Of a stretch of 34,941 nt of DNA, positions 26,780 to 34,941 are shown one piece after another. Below the pieces are notes generated by a model. It saw only the letters and a list, made by a program, of their open reading frames with translations. It was not told the origin of the DNA and searched no databases. The position numbers were made by a program, and so were the translations under genes. How positions within the stretch are numbered: the first letter of the stretch is position 1; each line of letters starts with the position of its first letter. The DNA is taken from contig CALVWG010000039.1 of NCBI GenBank assembly GCA_944364655.1, forward strand, positions 1-34,941, in the 5' to 3' direction. This DNA comes from an uncultured Bacilli bacterium. Lineage in GTDB: Bacteria; Bacillota_I; Bacilli_A; RF39; UBA660.

Positions 26780-29665
26780 ATGAAAAAATATTTAGAAAAA
26801 TTTATTAAATTGTTTTTAGTGCTTTTAATAACATTGCAAATATATCTACCAGTTTATTTAGTTGATGCAGTAGAATTTCCAGAAGTAATTAAAGTGCCAG
26901 AAGTTAGCAAAGGAAATTTAAACGCTGAAGGAAAATATGAAATTTTATTAACGGATATAAATCCAACAGGTTACAGTGCTGATACATATTTAAAAAATGT
27001 AAATCTTAATAATGAACCATTACAAATAATAAATGGTAATGATTTTGAAACCCAACAAAACGGCATTTTTACGAAAGCTAATTCGAGTTTTTTCTACACA
27101 GATGTACAAGAACAGGGTTATGAATTTTTTGAAGCTTATGTTGGCTTAGACAAAAGTTCATTAAATACAGATGCTTCAATTACTTTTTATATTTATTTAG
27201 ATGGCGTTTTGGCATATGAAAGTAAAGAAATAAAAAGTGGAAGCAAAATAGAACATATTTATTTGGATATTAGTAAATCAAAAGTTATTCAATTAGTTGT
27301 TAAAAACAATAATAATTCAAAATATAATTACGGTGTTTGGGGAAATGCTAAGTTTATTAAAAGTGCCGCATCACCTTATTTAAAAGTAGCTGATTTAGAA
27401 TTTAATTTACCAGCACAAGTTACAGAAAGTAATATTTTAGAATATGTAAAAGCTTACAGTGTATCTGGCAAAAATTTACATGATGATATAGTTTATAAAA
27501 CAGATTACAAAGAAGGGCTTACTGGAAATTTTACAGTTACTTATACGGTTACAGATGAATTTGGCAATAAAAGAACTAGAACAGTTAGTATGATTGTAAC
27601 CGGAGAAGATTATAGCCACGAATTATCCTTAGATAGATTAAAAAAGCCTTGGGCATCTTACTTATATCATGGTAGAAATACTCTTAGTATTGAAGGTCAA
27701 AAAGCTTGGGATGTTATCCTAAAAGAAGTTTTAGATTTTAAAGCAAACAAATGGAAGCAAGTTAATAGATGGGGAACAGATTGCTATCTAATAGATATTG
27801 ATTTACAAGCTTTAAATATTTTTGTTTCAAAAGAAGAATTAACTAATTTAGTTTACATGTTTCAAGATGATGAACCTCGTTCATTTATTCTTCCTGATTG
27901 GGATACAGTTTTAACAATGAACAATGGATTAGTTTCTCATGTAAATATATATGCTCGTAAAAATTTAGCTGATAATCAAGATTATTGGTTAGAAAAAATA
28001 GAAGCTAACACTGTCAATATGCTATCTGAAAGTAAAGAAGATATGAATGAGGCTCAAAGAGTATACTACGTTTTAAAAAAATATGCTGGCTGGATTCAGT
28101 ACACAAGTGGCCAACAATTACATGAAGCATTAGGCTTAGGTCATTCTGTCTGTGGCGGTAATGCAAGAGGTACAGTTTTCTTAACCGAAAGATTAGGCGT
28201 AAAAAGTGTTTTTGGTCGAAGTGGCCCTCATGCTTGGACTTATACAAAATTATATAATTATGATGCTTGGTTTAAAAATGATTTATTAGCAGGACCAGCT
28301 ATTTTGGTAGATGCTAATTCTAGCAAACATAACATGCTTGTCGGAGGCAATTATTTAAATAGACATTATGAATGGTTTTCTTTTAGTGATAAAGATTATC
28401 CAAGAGAAAAATTTAAATATCCTTCAGTTTGGCTTACTTTAGATAATTCAAATATTTTAGTTCTTCCTAAAAACAAACCTTACAATTTACTTGATAACGT
28501 TGTTGATTTTGGAAGTATTTATGAAGACAATTTAGTCAAAGAAGATATAAATATTACAATAACAAAACTTGACGAATTTGGTAATGTTGTAACTTCTAAT
28601 TGGGAAGGACTTAAAGAATCATCTGATGGTTCTGATTTAAAAGCAGGGGATTATATAGTAACTTATACATTAATTTCAAATAAATTAGAGGCAACAGCTA
28701 CCAAAAAAGTCCGAGTTACAAGTGGTGAAGAAGATTTTTTGAAGTTAAAAGATTCTATTAATAAAGAAGGTAACATTAAAGAAAATGAATTAGTTGGTTT
28801 ATGGAATGGTACAGAAGAAAAATGGTATCAAGATGCAATTGAAACATATGAAAATGCTAGTATTTCATTTGATTTAAGTAAGGACGATTATCGTTATTTG
28901 AATTTTGATTTTGGTATTAAAAATAGTGTTCGTGAAAATACAAGTTATGGTTTTTATGGCAAAGTTATGATAGAAGTAGTAATTGATGATAAAGTAATTT
29001 ATACAAGTTCTATTTTAGGATGGAAAGATCATTACGAAACTATAACTTTGCAAATTCCTGAAAATTCAGCAAATTTAAAACTAAATGTTTTAGCTAAAGG
29101 AGACGGTAATAATCACGCGGCAATTGGTAATTTAGCATTAATTGTTGATGATGGAAGTGTTGAAGAAATTATTGAAGAAGAACCAGAAAAGCCAGTAGAA
29201 CCGCCTGTAGAGGAAAATCCAGACATTCCAGAAAATCCATCAATTGAAGAAAAACCAGAAGTTCCAGAAAATCCGACTATTGATAGTCCTTCTGAAAATA
29301 CCAATGAAGATAAACAAGAAGAACAATCAAATGAAATAGATCAATTACCAGAAACAAATAATTCCCCTTTAGAAAATTCAGATAATAATCTTGAAAATGA
29401 AGTAGAAAATAATGAAAACAATTCTGCAAATAATGCAAACGATAATCAAAACCAAGAAAAAGACGAAAATATATCAGAAGAAGATGAAACAGTTAATAGT
29501 TCTAATAATAATCAATTTGATTCTTCTTCATCAACTGAAGTAAAAAAAGATCTTCAAAATAATTTTTATAATAATATTTTCACAATTATAATTATTGGAA
29601 TCGCTGTTGTAAGCGCACTATTGATAATAATTATTTTAAGAAGAAAAAAGAGTAGCAATTACTAA
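26780..29665 (+). CDS. Surface protein: NPCBM + Ig-like + transglutaminase-like core + Ig-like + NPCBM + acidic stalk + C-terminal TM anchor
   Basis: Signal peptide; NPCBM motifs FEAYVGLD...WGNAKF and FDFGIK...NNHAAIGN; VTYTVTDEFGN Ig-like; triad C458 (SVCGG), H484 (HAW), D501; PE/N-rich stalk; TM followed by RRKK. Confidence 0.85.
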   Translation: MKKYLEKFIKLFLVLLITLQIYLPVYLVDAVEFPEVIKVPEVSKGNLNAEGKYEILLTDINPTGYSADTYLKNVNLNNEPLQIINGNDFETQQNGIFTKANSSFFYTDVQEQGYEFFEAYVGLDKSSLNTDASITFYIYLDGVLAYESKEIKSGSKIEHIYLDISKSKVIQLVVKNNNNSKYNYGVWGNAKFIKSAASPYLKVADLEFNLPAQVTESNILEYVKAYSVSGKNLHDDIVYKTDYKEGLTGNFTVTYTVTDEFGNKRTRTVSMIVTGEDYSHELSLDRLKKPWASYLYHGRNTLSIEGQKAWDVILKEVLDFKANKWKQVNRWGTDCYLIDIDLQALNIFVSKEELTNLVYMFQDDEPRSFILPDWDTVLTMNNGLVSHVNIYARKNLADNQDYWLEKIEANTVNMLSESKEDMNEAQRVYYVLKKYAGWIQYTSGQQLHEALGLGHSVCGGNARGTVFLTERLGVKSVFGRSGPHAWTYTKLYNYDAWFKNDLLAGPAILVDANSSKHNMLVGGNYLNRHYEWFSFSDKDYPREKFKYPSVWLTLDNSNILVLPKNKPYNLLDNVVDFGSIYEDNLVKEDINITITKLDEFGNVVTSNWEGLKESSDGSDLKAGDYIVTYTLISNKLEATATKKVRVTSGEEDFLKLKDSINKEGNIKENELVGLWNGTEEKWYQDAIETYENASISFDLSKDDYRYLNFDFGIKNSVRENTSYGFYGKVMIEVVIDDKVIYTSSILGWKDHYETITLQIPENSANLKLNVLAKGDGNNHAAIGNLALIVDDGSVEEIIEEEPEKPVEPPVEENPDIPENPSIEEKPEVPENPTIDSPSENTNEDKQEEQSNEIDQLPETNNSPLENSDNNLENEVENNENNSANNANDNQNQEKDENISEEDETVNSSNNNQFDSSSSTEVKKDLQNNFYNNIFTIIIIGIAVVSALLIIIILRRKKSSNY

Positions 29666-29683
29666 TTAATATGCTACTTTTTT
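29649..29683 (+). terminator. Rho-independent terminator
   Basis: AGTAGCA...TGCTACT followed by a T run, overlapping the stop of the surface protein gene. Confidence 0.6.
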
Positions 29684-29735
29684 ATTAAATAAATTTACTT
29701 AGATAAGAGAATTGCTTTTTATCTTAATTAAAGTC

Positions 29736-29766
29736 TTGACTTAAAGTCCACTTTAACATATATAAT
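29736..29766 (+). promoter_or_regulatory. MerR-type promoter/operator
   Basis: TTGACT, 19-bp spacer, TATAAT, with palindrome TTAAAGT-cc-ACTTTAA (29741-29756) in the spacer. Confidence 0.85.
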
Positions 29767-29788
29767 AATTATATTAGGAGGTATAATA

Positions 29789-30238
29789 GTGGTGTATAAA
29801 ATTAAAGAAGTAGCTAAAATGTTAGGTGTTAGCACAGCAACTTTAAGATATTACGAACAAGAAGGAATCTTGCCAAACATAAAAAGAGTAAATGGCATTA
29901 GAGTTTTTAATGATGAAGACTTTAAATGGCTAAGAGTTTTGAATTGTATGAAAAAAATTAATATGCCCATAAAAAAAATTAAAGAATATATTGATTTAGC
30001 AATGATGGGAGATTCTACTTTAAAAGAAAGATATCATTTAATATTAGAACAAAAAGAATTTATAAAAGCTGAAATAGCCAAATTAAATAATTGTTTAAAA
30101 GAATTTGAATATAAAGAATGGTATTATAAAACAGCCATCAAAGCTGGTACAGAAGCTGCCGTTAAGAATATGCCAAAAAGTTCTCCTACGTTGGAAATAG
30201 ATGAAATTCCAGTTAAAATTAAAAGAAAGGATTTATAA
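29789..30238 (+). CDS. MerR family transcriptional regulator (AdhR-like)
   Basis: YKIKEVAKMLGVSTATLRYYEQEGIL...GIRVF, CMKKINMPIKKIKEY, GDSTLKER. Confidence 0.93.
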   Translation: MVYKIKEVAKMLGVSTATLRYYEQEGILPNIKRVNGIRVFNDEDFKWLRVLNCMKKINMPIKKIKEYIDLAMMGDSTLKERYHLILEQKEFIKAEIAKLNNCLKEFEYKEWYYKTAIKAGTEAAVKNMPKSSPTLEIDEIPVKIKRKDL

Positions 30239-30239
30239 T

Positions 30240-31229
30240 ATGTTTGAAAATTTAAAATTAGTTGATAAATGGGATAAAACTTTCCCTAAAAGTGAAAAAG
30301 TTAATCATTGTAAAATTACATTTCATAATAGATATGGAATAGAGTTGGTTGCAGATATGTATACACCAAAAAATTATAATGGAAAATTGCCAGCTTTAGC
30401 TATAAGTGGGCCATTCGGAGCTGTAAAAGAACAATGCTTGGGACTGTATGCCCAAACAATGGCAGAAAAAGGATTTTTAACAATTGCTTTTGATCCATCT
30501 TTCACCGGTGAAAGTGGAGGAAATCCAAGAGATATGGCTAGTCCTGATATAAATACTGAAGACTTTCAAGCAGGAGTAGATTATTTAGTAAACCAAAGTA
30601 ATGTTGATCCAGAAAAAATAGGAATAATTGGTATCTGTGGATGGGGAGGCTTGGCTTTAAATGCTGCTGCAATCGATACTAGAATCAAGGCTACAGTTAC
30701 AGTGACGATGTATGATATGTCTAGAGTAAACGCTAATGGTTATTTTGATGCCGAAAATAATGAAGAAGCAAGATACGAAAAAAAGAAGATTTTAAATAAT
30801 CAAAGAACAAAAGATTATCAAAATAATTATTATGAAAAAGCTGGCGGTTGTTTAGAACTACCAATAATGATAGATGTTCCATTTTATGTTAAAGACTACA
30901 GTGAATATTATAAAAAAAGAGGTTATCATGAAAGAAGTGTAAATTCTAATTCAGGCTGGAATAAAATTGGTTGTATGTCTTTTATGGATCAACCGATACT
31001 AAGTTACAGTAATGAAATCAGAAGTGCTGTTTTAATGATTCATGGAGAAAAAGCCCATTCTCTTTATTTTAGTCAGGATGCTTATAATAATATGGTAACT
31101 AATTCTAAATATAAAGATAATAAAAAATTGCTAATTATACCAAATGCCGTTCATACTGATTTGTATGATAATTTAAATTTTATTCCATTTGATGAAATCG
31201 AAAACTTTTTTAAAACATATTTAAAATAA
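30240..31229 (+). CDS. Alpha/beta hydrolase (YcjY/FrsA-like, Cys nucleophile)
   Basis: GPFGAVKEQ, AFDPSFTGESGG, GICGWGG, HGEKAHS, HTDLYD. Start corrected to ATG 30240. Confidence 0.9.
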   Translation: MFENLKLVDKWDKTFPKSEKVNHCKITFHNRYGIELVADMYTPKNYNGKLPALAISGPFGAVKEQCLGLYAQTMAEKGFLTIAFDPSFTGESGGNPRDMASPDINTEDFQAGVDYLVNQSNVDPEKIGIIGICGWGGLALNAAAIDTRIKATVTVTMYDMSRVNANGYFDAENNEEARYEKKKILNNQRTKDYQNNYYEKAGGCLELPIMIDVPFYVKDYSEYYKKRGYHERSVNSNSGWNKIGCMSFMDQPILSYSNEIRSAVLMIHGEKAHSLYFSQDAYNNMVTNSKYKDNKKLLIIPNAVHTDLYDNLNFIPFDEIENFFKTYLK

Positions 31230-31241
31230 TGTGGTGTCAAA

Positions 31242-31769
31242 ATGCAAAAGAAAGTTATAAAAAACATAATAATTATTATACTAATTCTTTTTATTATATT
31301 AGTTGCGTTTTATATTTTTATGAAAAAATATTTTGAAATAAATAAACAAAAGAATGCTAATTATCAAGAAAATATTAATGAAATAGTAAATGATAAAAAG
31401 AAAGGTGAGGAAATGAATTTGTATATTAAAATAGGAGATAAAAGTTTAAAAGTATTATTAGAAAATAATTCTTCTGCAGCAGCATTGCAAGAAAAATTAA
31501 AGCAAAATGATATTACTGTTTTAATGGAAGATTATGCTAATTTTGAAAAAGTTGGCGAACTAGGGTTTACACTGCCAAGAAATGATAAATATATCAAAAC
31601 AGAGCCTGGCGATATAATCTTATATCAAGGAAATTTATTAACTATTTATTATGATACAAATAGTTGGACTTTTACAAAATTAGGAAAAATAGAAAATATT
31701 ACTCAAGAAGAGTTAAAAAGTATATTAGGTAGTGCTAATGTTGAAGTTACTTTATCGCTTAATAATTAA
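31242..31769 (+). CDS. Cyclophilin-like fold protein with N-terminal membrane anchor
   Basis: LENNSSAAAL, MEDYANFEKVG.L...LP, GDIILYQGN...IYY...WTFTKLGKI. Confidence 0.85.
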   Translation: MQKKVIKNIIIIILILFIILVAFYIFMKKYFEINKQKNANYQENINEIVNDKKKGEEMNLYIKIGDKSLKVLLENNSSAAALQEKLKQNDITVLMEDYANFEKVGELGFTLPRNDKYIKTEPGDIILYQGNLLTIYYDTNSWTFTKLGKIENITQEELKSILGSANVEVTLSLNN

Positions 31770-31808
31770 TCAAAAATTTATATAATAAATTATTAAAAAA
31801 TATTATGA

Positions 31809-31886
31809 TTTATAAACTAGCTTTTAAGCTGCTTTTTCTTTTATTTAAAAAGGATGATATAACAAAATAGATTTATGCAAGGGAGT
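31809..31886 (+). repeat. 78-bp terminator-promoter-RBS module, copy A
   Basis: 66/78 identical, ungapped, to 33344-33421. Confidence 0.8.
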
Positions 31887-32058
31887 ACTTATGTGGCAAA
31901 TAAAATTTAAAGCTTTAGTGATGCAAGCTACAGTAAATCTGCTAGTGTAGGAAATGAAATTAAAATAAATTATAAGTTATTATAAAATACAAAAATGAAT
32001 TGTTAAAAATAAAGAAGTTTATGATATAATTTTAATAGATAAGAAGTGTGGTATTTAT

Positions 32059-32676
32059 ATGAAATGTTTAGGTAGTTGTACAATAGAAACTGATAGATTA
32101 ATTTTAAAAGCTCAAACTATGGATGAACAATATTATTTATGGAAAGTATTAATGATTCCAGAAGTTAACAAATATTTTTTAACTGTACCCCAAAGATTTA
32201 GAGAAAAATTATTGGATTGGAATCTACAAAAAGAATATTATGAAAAAGATATGGAACATGCTAACGATAAAAATGTATTTAGATGGAGCATATTTTTAAA
32301 ACAAACTGGTGAATGTATTGGACGTCTATCTTGTCATGAGAGAAATGTAGAAGATGATTCTATTACTGATCCAAGTATAAGAGGCGTTGGATGGTTAATA
32401 GATCCAAAATATCAAGGACAAGGATATGCTACTGAAGCTGCTAAAGCAATGATAGATTACATGTTTTTAAAATGTGGAATTAAAGAAATTATTACAGGAG
32501 CAGCTATTGTAAACAAACCTTCTTGGAAGATAATGGAAAAATTAGGCTTTGAAAGGGCAAATAGAACTCGTATGGTACAGTATACTTTTGTTGATGGATT
32601 AGTAGAAACTTTTGAATATATTCTTACAAAAGAAAAATATTTAGAATTTAATGAATCCAAAAATATAAAAAAATAA
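32059..32676 (+). CDS. GNAT family N-acetyltransferase (RimJ/RimL-like)
   Basis: IETDRLILK, VGWLIDPKYQGQGYATEAA, NKPSWKIMEKLGF. TGaTATAAT promoter at 32022-32030. Confidence 0.92.
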   Translation: MKCLGSCTIETDRLILKAQTMDEQYYLWKVLMIPEVNKYFLTVPQRFREKLLDWNLQKEYYEKDMEHANDKNVFRWSIFLKQTGECIGRLSCHERNVEDDSITDPSIRGVGWLIDPKYQGQGYATEAAKAMIDYMFLKCGIKEIITGAAIVNKPSWKIMEKLGFERANRTRMVQYTFVDGLVETFEYILTKEKYLEFNESKNIKK

Positions 32677-32873
32677 ATAAAAATTAATAAGAAAGCGATA
32701 AAGAGAAACAAAAATAAAAGTAATTTAATTAATAAAACCATTTTTGACTATTTGATAACGGTTTATTTAAGTCTCTGTAAAATACATATAAATAAAAAAC
32801 TTGTGAGTTTTGAAAAATAAAATTAGATTCAATTACAAAAATAAGTAGTAGTTTGTTAAATGGAGGAATGATT

Positions 32874-33329
32874 ATGAAAAAAATAATTTTAACTATTTTA
32901 GTGTGTGTGGCTATGATTTTAAGCTTAACAGGATGTGAAACTAATAAAAATGAATTTAATGTTGGAAGCAAATCTCCTATTGAAATTAAAGAAAAAGGAG
33001 TAACGTTATCTGTTAAAGAAAATACACTAACCAAAAAAGGCGCTACATTAATTCTAAAAAATGGTAGTAATGTAGATGTTCAATATGGTGACTCTTATAA
33101 AATAGAAATTAAAAAAGATGGAGAATGGCACGAAATAAACGTAGAATTAAATTTTAACTCACCAGCATAGGTATTAAAGTCAAACAAATCAGAAGAAATT
33201 AAAATTAAATGGGAAAACGATTATGGCAAACTAGCATCAGGAAATTATAGAATTATAAAAGATATTTATGTAGAAACAGCTGATGAAACATTTGAAACTT
33301 TTTATGTGTCAGCTGAATTTGCCATATAA
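32874..33329 (+). pseudogene. Ig-like-domain lipoprotein interrupted by an in-frame TAG (33168-33170)
   Basis: Lipobox LTGC. The frame continues 52 sense codons past the TAG as VLKSNKSEEIKIKWENDYGKLASGNYRIIKD...VSAEFAI*, completing the domain. Confidence 0.8.
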
Positions 33330-33343
33330 ATAATAAACATTAT

Positions 33344-33421
33344 TTTATAAAGTAGCCTTTAGTCTACTTTTTCTTTTAATTAAAAAGTATGATATAATAA
33401 AATGGATTTATTTAAGGAAGT
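33344..33421 (+). repeat. 78-bp terminator-promoter-RBS module, copy B
   Basis: AAAGTAG...CTACTTT-TTCTTTT hairpin, TGaTATAAT, AAGGAAG. Repeat of 31809-31886. Confidence 0.8.
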
Positions 33422-33534
33422 GACTAAAATGAACGAAAATAAAAATAATGTGGTTAATAAAACCGGTATCAAGTAGTTGATACCGATTTATTTAACCCCT
33501 CCTATATATTTTATTCAGAAAGAAGGCGAAACTT

Positions 33535-34230
33535 ATGAGTCAAGAAATAAATAATATTAATAAAACCTTGCAAATTACGACACATGATTTTTTAATATAT
33601 AGAGATTCTAATAATAATGTTAAAGTTAGTGTAATGTTAATAAATAATGATATATGGCTTACCCAAAATCTAATTGCAGAATTGTTTGGTGTAGGAAGAA
33701 GTACAATTACTGAACATATCAATAATATTTTAAATAGTGGAGAACTCGATGAAAAAAACACCGTCGGAAAAACCGACGTTAATAATTCTAAAAAGCCTGT
33801 AAAGATATATAACCTTGATATGATTATTGCCGTTGGTTATCGTGTAAATTCGAAAAAAGCAACTAACTTTAGAATTTGGGCAACAAAAATTTTAAAAGAG
33901 TATATGATTAAAGGCTTTGTTATGGATGATGAAAGATTAAAAAATCCTGAGTTTGTCTTTGGTGAAGATTATTTTGATGAACTTTTAGAACGTATCAGAA
34001 ATATTCGCTCTAGTGAGAGAAGATTTTATCAAAAAATTACAGATATATACTCTTCTTGCAGTATAGATTATGATAAAAATTCAGATATAACTAAAGAGTT
34101 TTTTAAAACAGTTCAAAATAAGTTACATTATGCAATAACCGGTAACACTGCTGCTGAAATTATATATGATAGAGCAGATGCAAATAAAGAAAATATGGGG
34201 TTAACGAATTGGCTAAATTGTACCAAATGA
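33535..34230 (+). pseudogene. Virulence RhuM family protein, C-terminally truncated
   Basis: IWLTQ..IAELFGV, YNLDMIIAVGYRVNS..AT.FR.WAT, DYFDELLERIR.IRSSERRFYQKITDIY, MGLTNW. The family normally continues roughly 100 aa beyond LTNW. Confidence 0.8.
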
Positions 34231-34438
34231 CACGAAATAATAAAATAGTAGAATTGCTTTGTTTTAAAGGAAAAATCAATGACAGAAAAATGTATATAGA
34301 TTTTTTAAACGAACAAGAAAAAGAAGTTGATTTTAAAATAGTAGTATCAATTATAAAAATATAATGTCCTCAATTAGATATTACAATAAAAGATATAGCA
34401 AAATATTATTAATAAAAATTAGTTTTGAAATAGCGAAA

Positions 34439-34941
34439 GGGGATGTTAGAAAATAGATAATCTATTTTCTATACATCTTCTTTTCTTTTGGCTTTACACC
34501 AGGAATAACTTCTTTTTGTAAACCAAATGGCCTATCCCAATAACTTTTTTTGATTAACTTTGGATTATCTAAGAGTTTAAATAATTTTCGTATATTAACG
34601 CCTAAACATTCTAACATAAATTCACACTCAACGCTATCCATGCCACGCCTTCTAAACCTTGTATAATTCATATTTTGTTTAATTTGTCCATACGTTCCCT
34701 CAACTTGTATACTTCTATTTATTCTAATTTCAATTCCATCTGGACTTAATAAGTTTTTTCTTGCCTCATCTTTATAAGTTTCATATTTAACACTTAATTC
34801 AGCCTTTCTAAAATCTTGACTTTTGTCTTTCAAGTATTCCTTGCATTTATAAGAATATTTACAATTATCGCATCCTTCAAAAATATAAAATTTTGAATCT
34901 TTATATCTCGGATGAGTTTTAGTGAAAATATACTTTCCCAC
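34439..34941 (-). mobile_element. IS1182-family insertion sequence, right part (runs off the window)
   Basis: Transposase C-terminus and terminal hairpin/IR GGGGATGTTAGAAAATAGAT-a-ATCTATTTTCTA-t-ACATC (34439-34476). Confidence 0.75.
34462..34941 (-). CDS. IS1182-family transposase, C-terminal part (partial)
   Basis: CDNCKYSYKC and RSIQVEGTYGQIKQNMNYTRFRRRG...EFMLECLGVNIRK (DDE_Tnp_1_6-like). Confidence 0.88.
   Translation of the reverse strand: MGKYIFTKTHPRYKDSKFYIFEGCDNCKYSYKCKEYLKDKSQDFRKAELSVKYETYKDEARKNLLSPDGIEIRINRSIQVEGTYGQIKQNMNYTRFRRRGMDSVECEFMLECLGVNIRKLFKLLDNPKLIKKSYWDRPFGLQKEVIPGVKPKEKKMYRK

Noticed and set aside
31928-31950. CTACA-gtaaatctgctag-TGTAG as a recombination or att site
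   Set aside because: Single occurrence with only 5-bp arms, and no recombinase in the window.
33168-33170. Genome-wide stop-codon reassignment (TAG or TGA)
   Set aside because: TAG ends other genes normally (8346, 8980, 16409, 26697), TGA ends nfeD and the MGMT gene, and conserved Trp residues use TGG.
6381-33761. Numerous short minus-strand or alternate-frame ORFs (e.g. 6381, 6660, 9452, 10531, 14163, 16212, 16814, 17316, 17582, 19494, 21633, 22752, 23736, 24428, 25480, 28014, 29113, 32457, 32729, 33540)
   Set aside because: All overlap well-supported + strand genes, and most have the F/L/S/I-rich composition of antisense shadows.
1-34941. tRNA, rRNA or prophage genes
   Set aside because: No cloverleaf, rRNA-like GC-rich tract, integrase or phage structural gene was recognised.

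Overview
Very AT-rich chromosomal window from a Bacillota (Firmicutes) bacterium using the standard genetic code. Gene content and reduced operons suggest an uncultured gut Bacilli lineage such as RF39, which is inference. Nearly all genes are on the + strand. The core blocks are yqfC-yqfD-vanZ-ybeY-dgkA-era-yqzL-recO, a T-box-regulated ileS, def, nfeD-SPFH and rplS-lepB. Accessory or decayed DNA lies around them: an IS66 remnant and IS-like inverted-repeat junction at the left end, a clpX fragment, a frameshifted gene, a nonsense-interrupted lipoprotein gene, a truncated rhuM and an IS1182 transposase at the right end. The most striking element is an AbiD/AbiF (Abi_2, HEPN RxxxxH) gene at 628-1515. 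It is bracketed by two 40-bp direct repeats (37/40 identical), each with its own sigma-A-like promoter and each folding into the same hairpin, with both stem differences being G-U wobbles. This is a candidate dual-RNA-antitoxin, mini-array AbiF system. Other highlights are an IleRS2 with the swapped GLHH signature linked to mupirocin hyper-resistance, four transglutaminase/papain-like Cys-His-Asp proteins (one a 961-aa NPCBM-bearing surface protein), an orphan SigE/SigK-like sigma factor, and a duplicated 78-bp terminator-promoter-RBS module. All assignments come from motif recognition by eye; no database searches were run.
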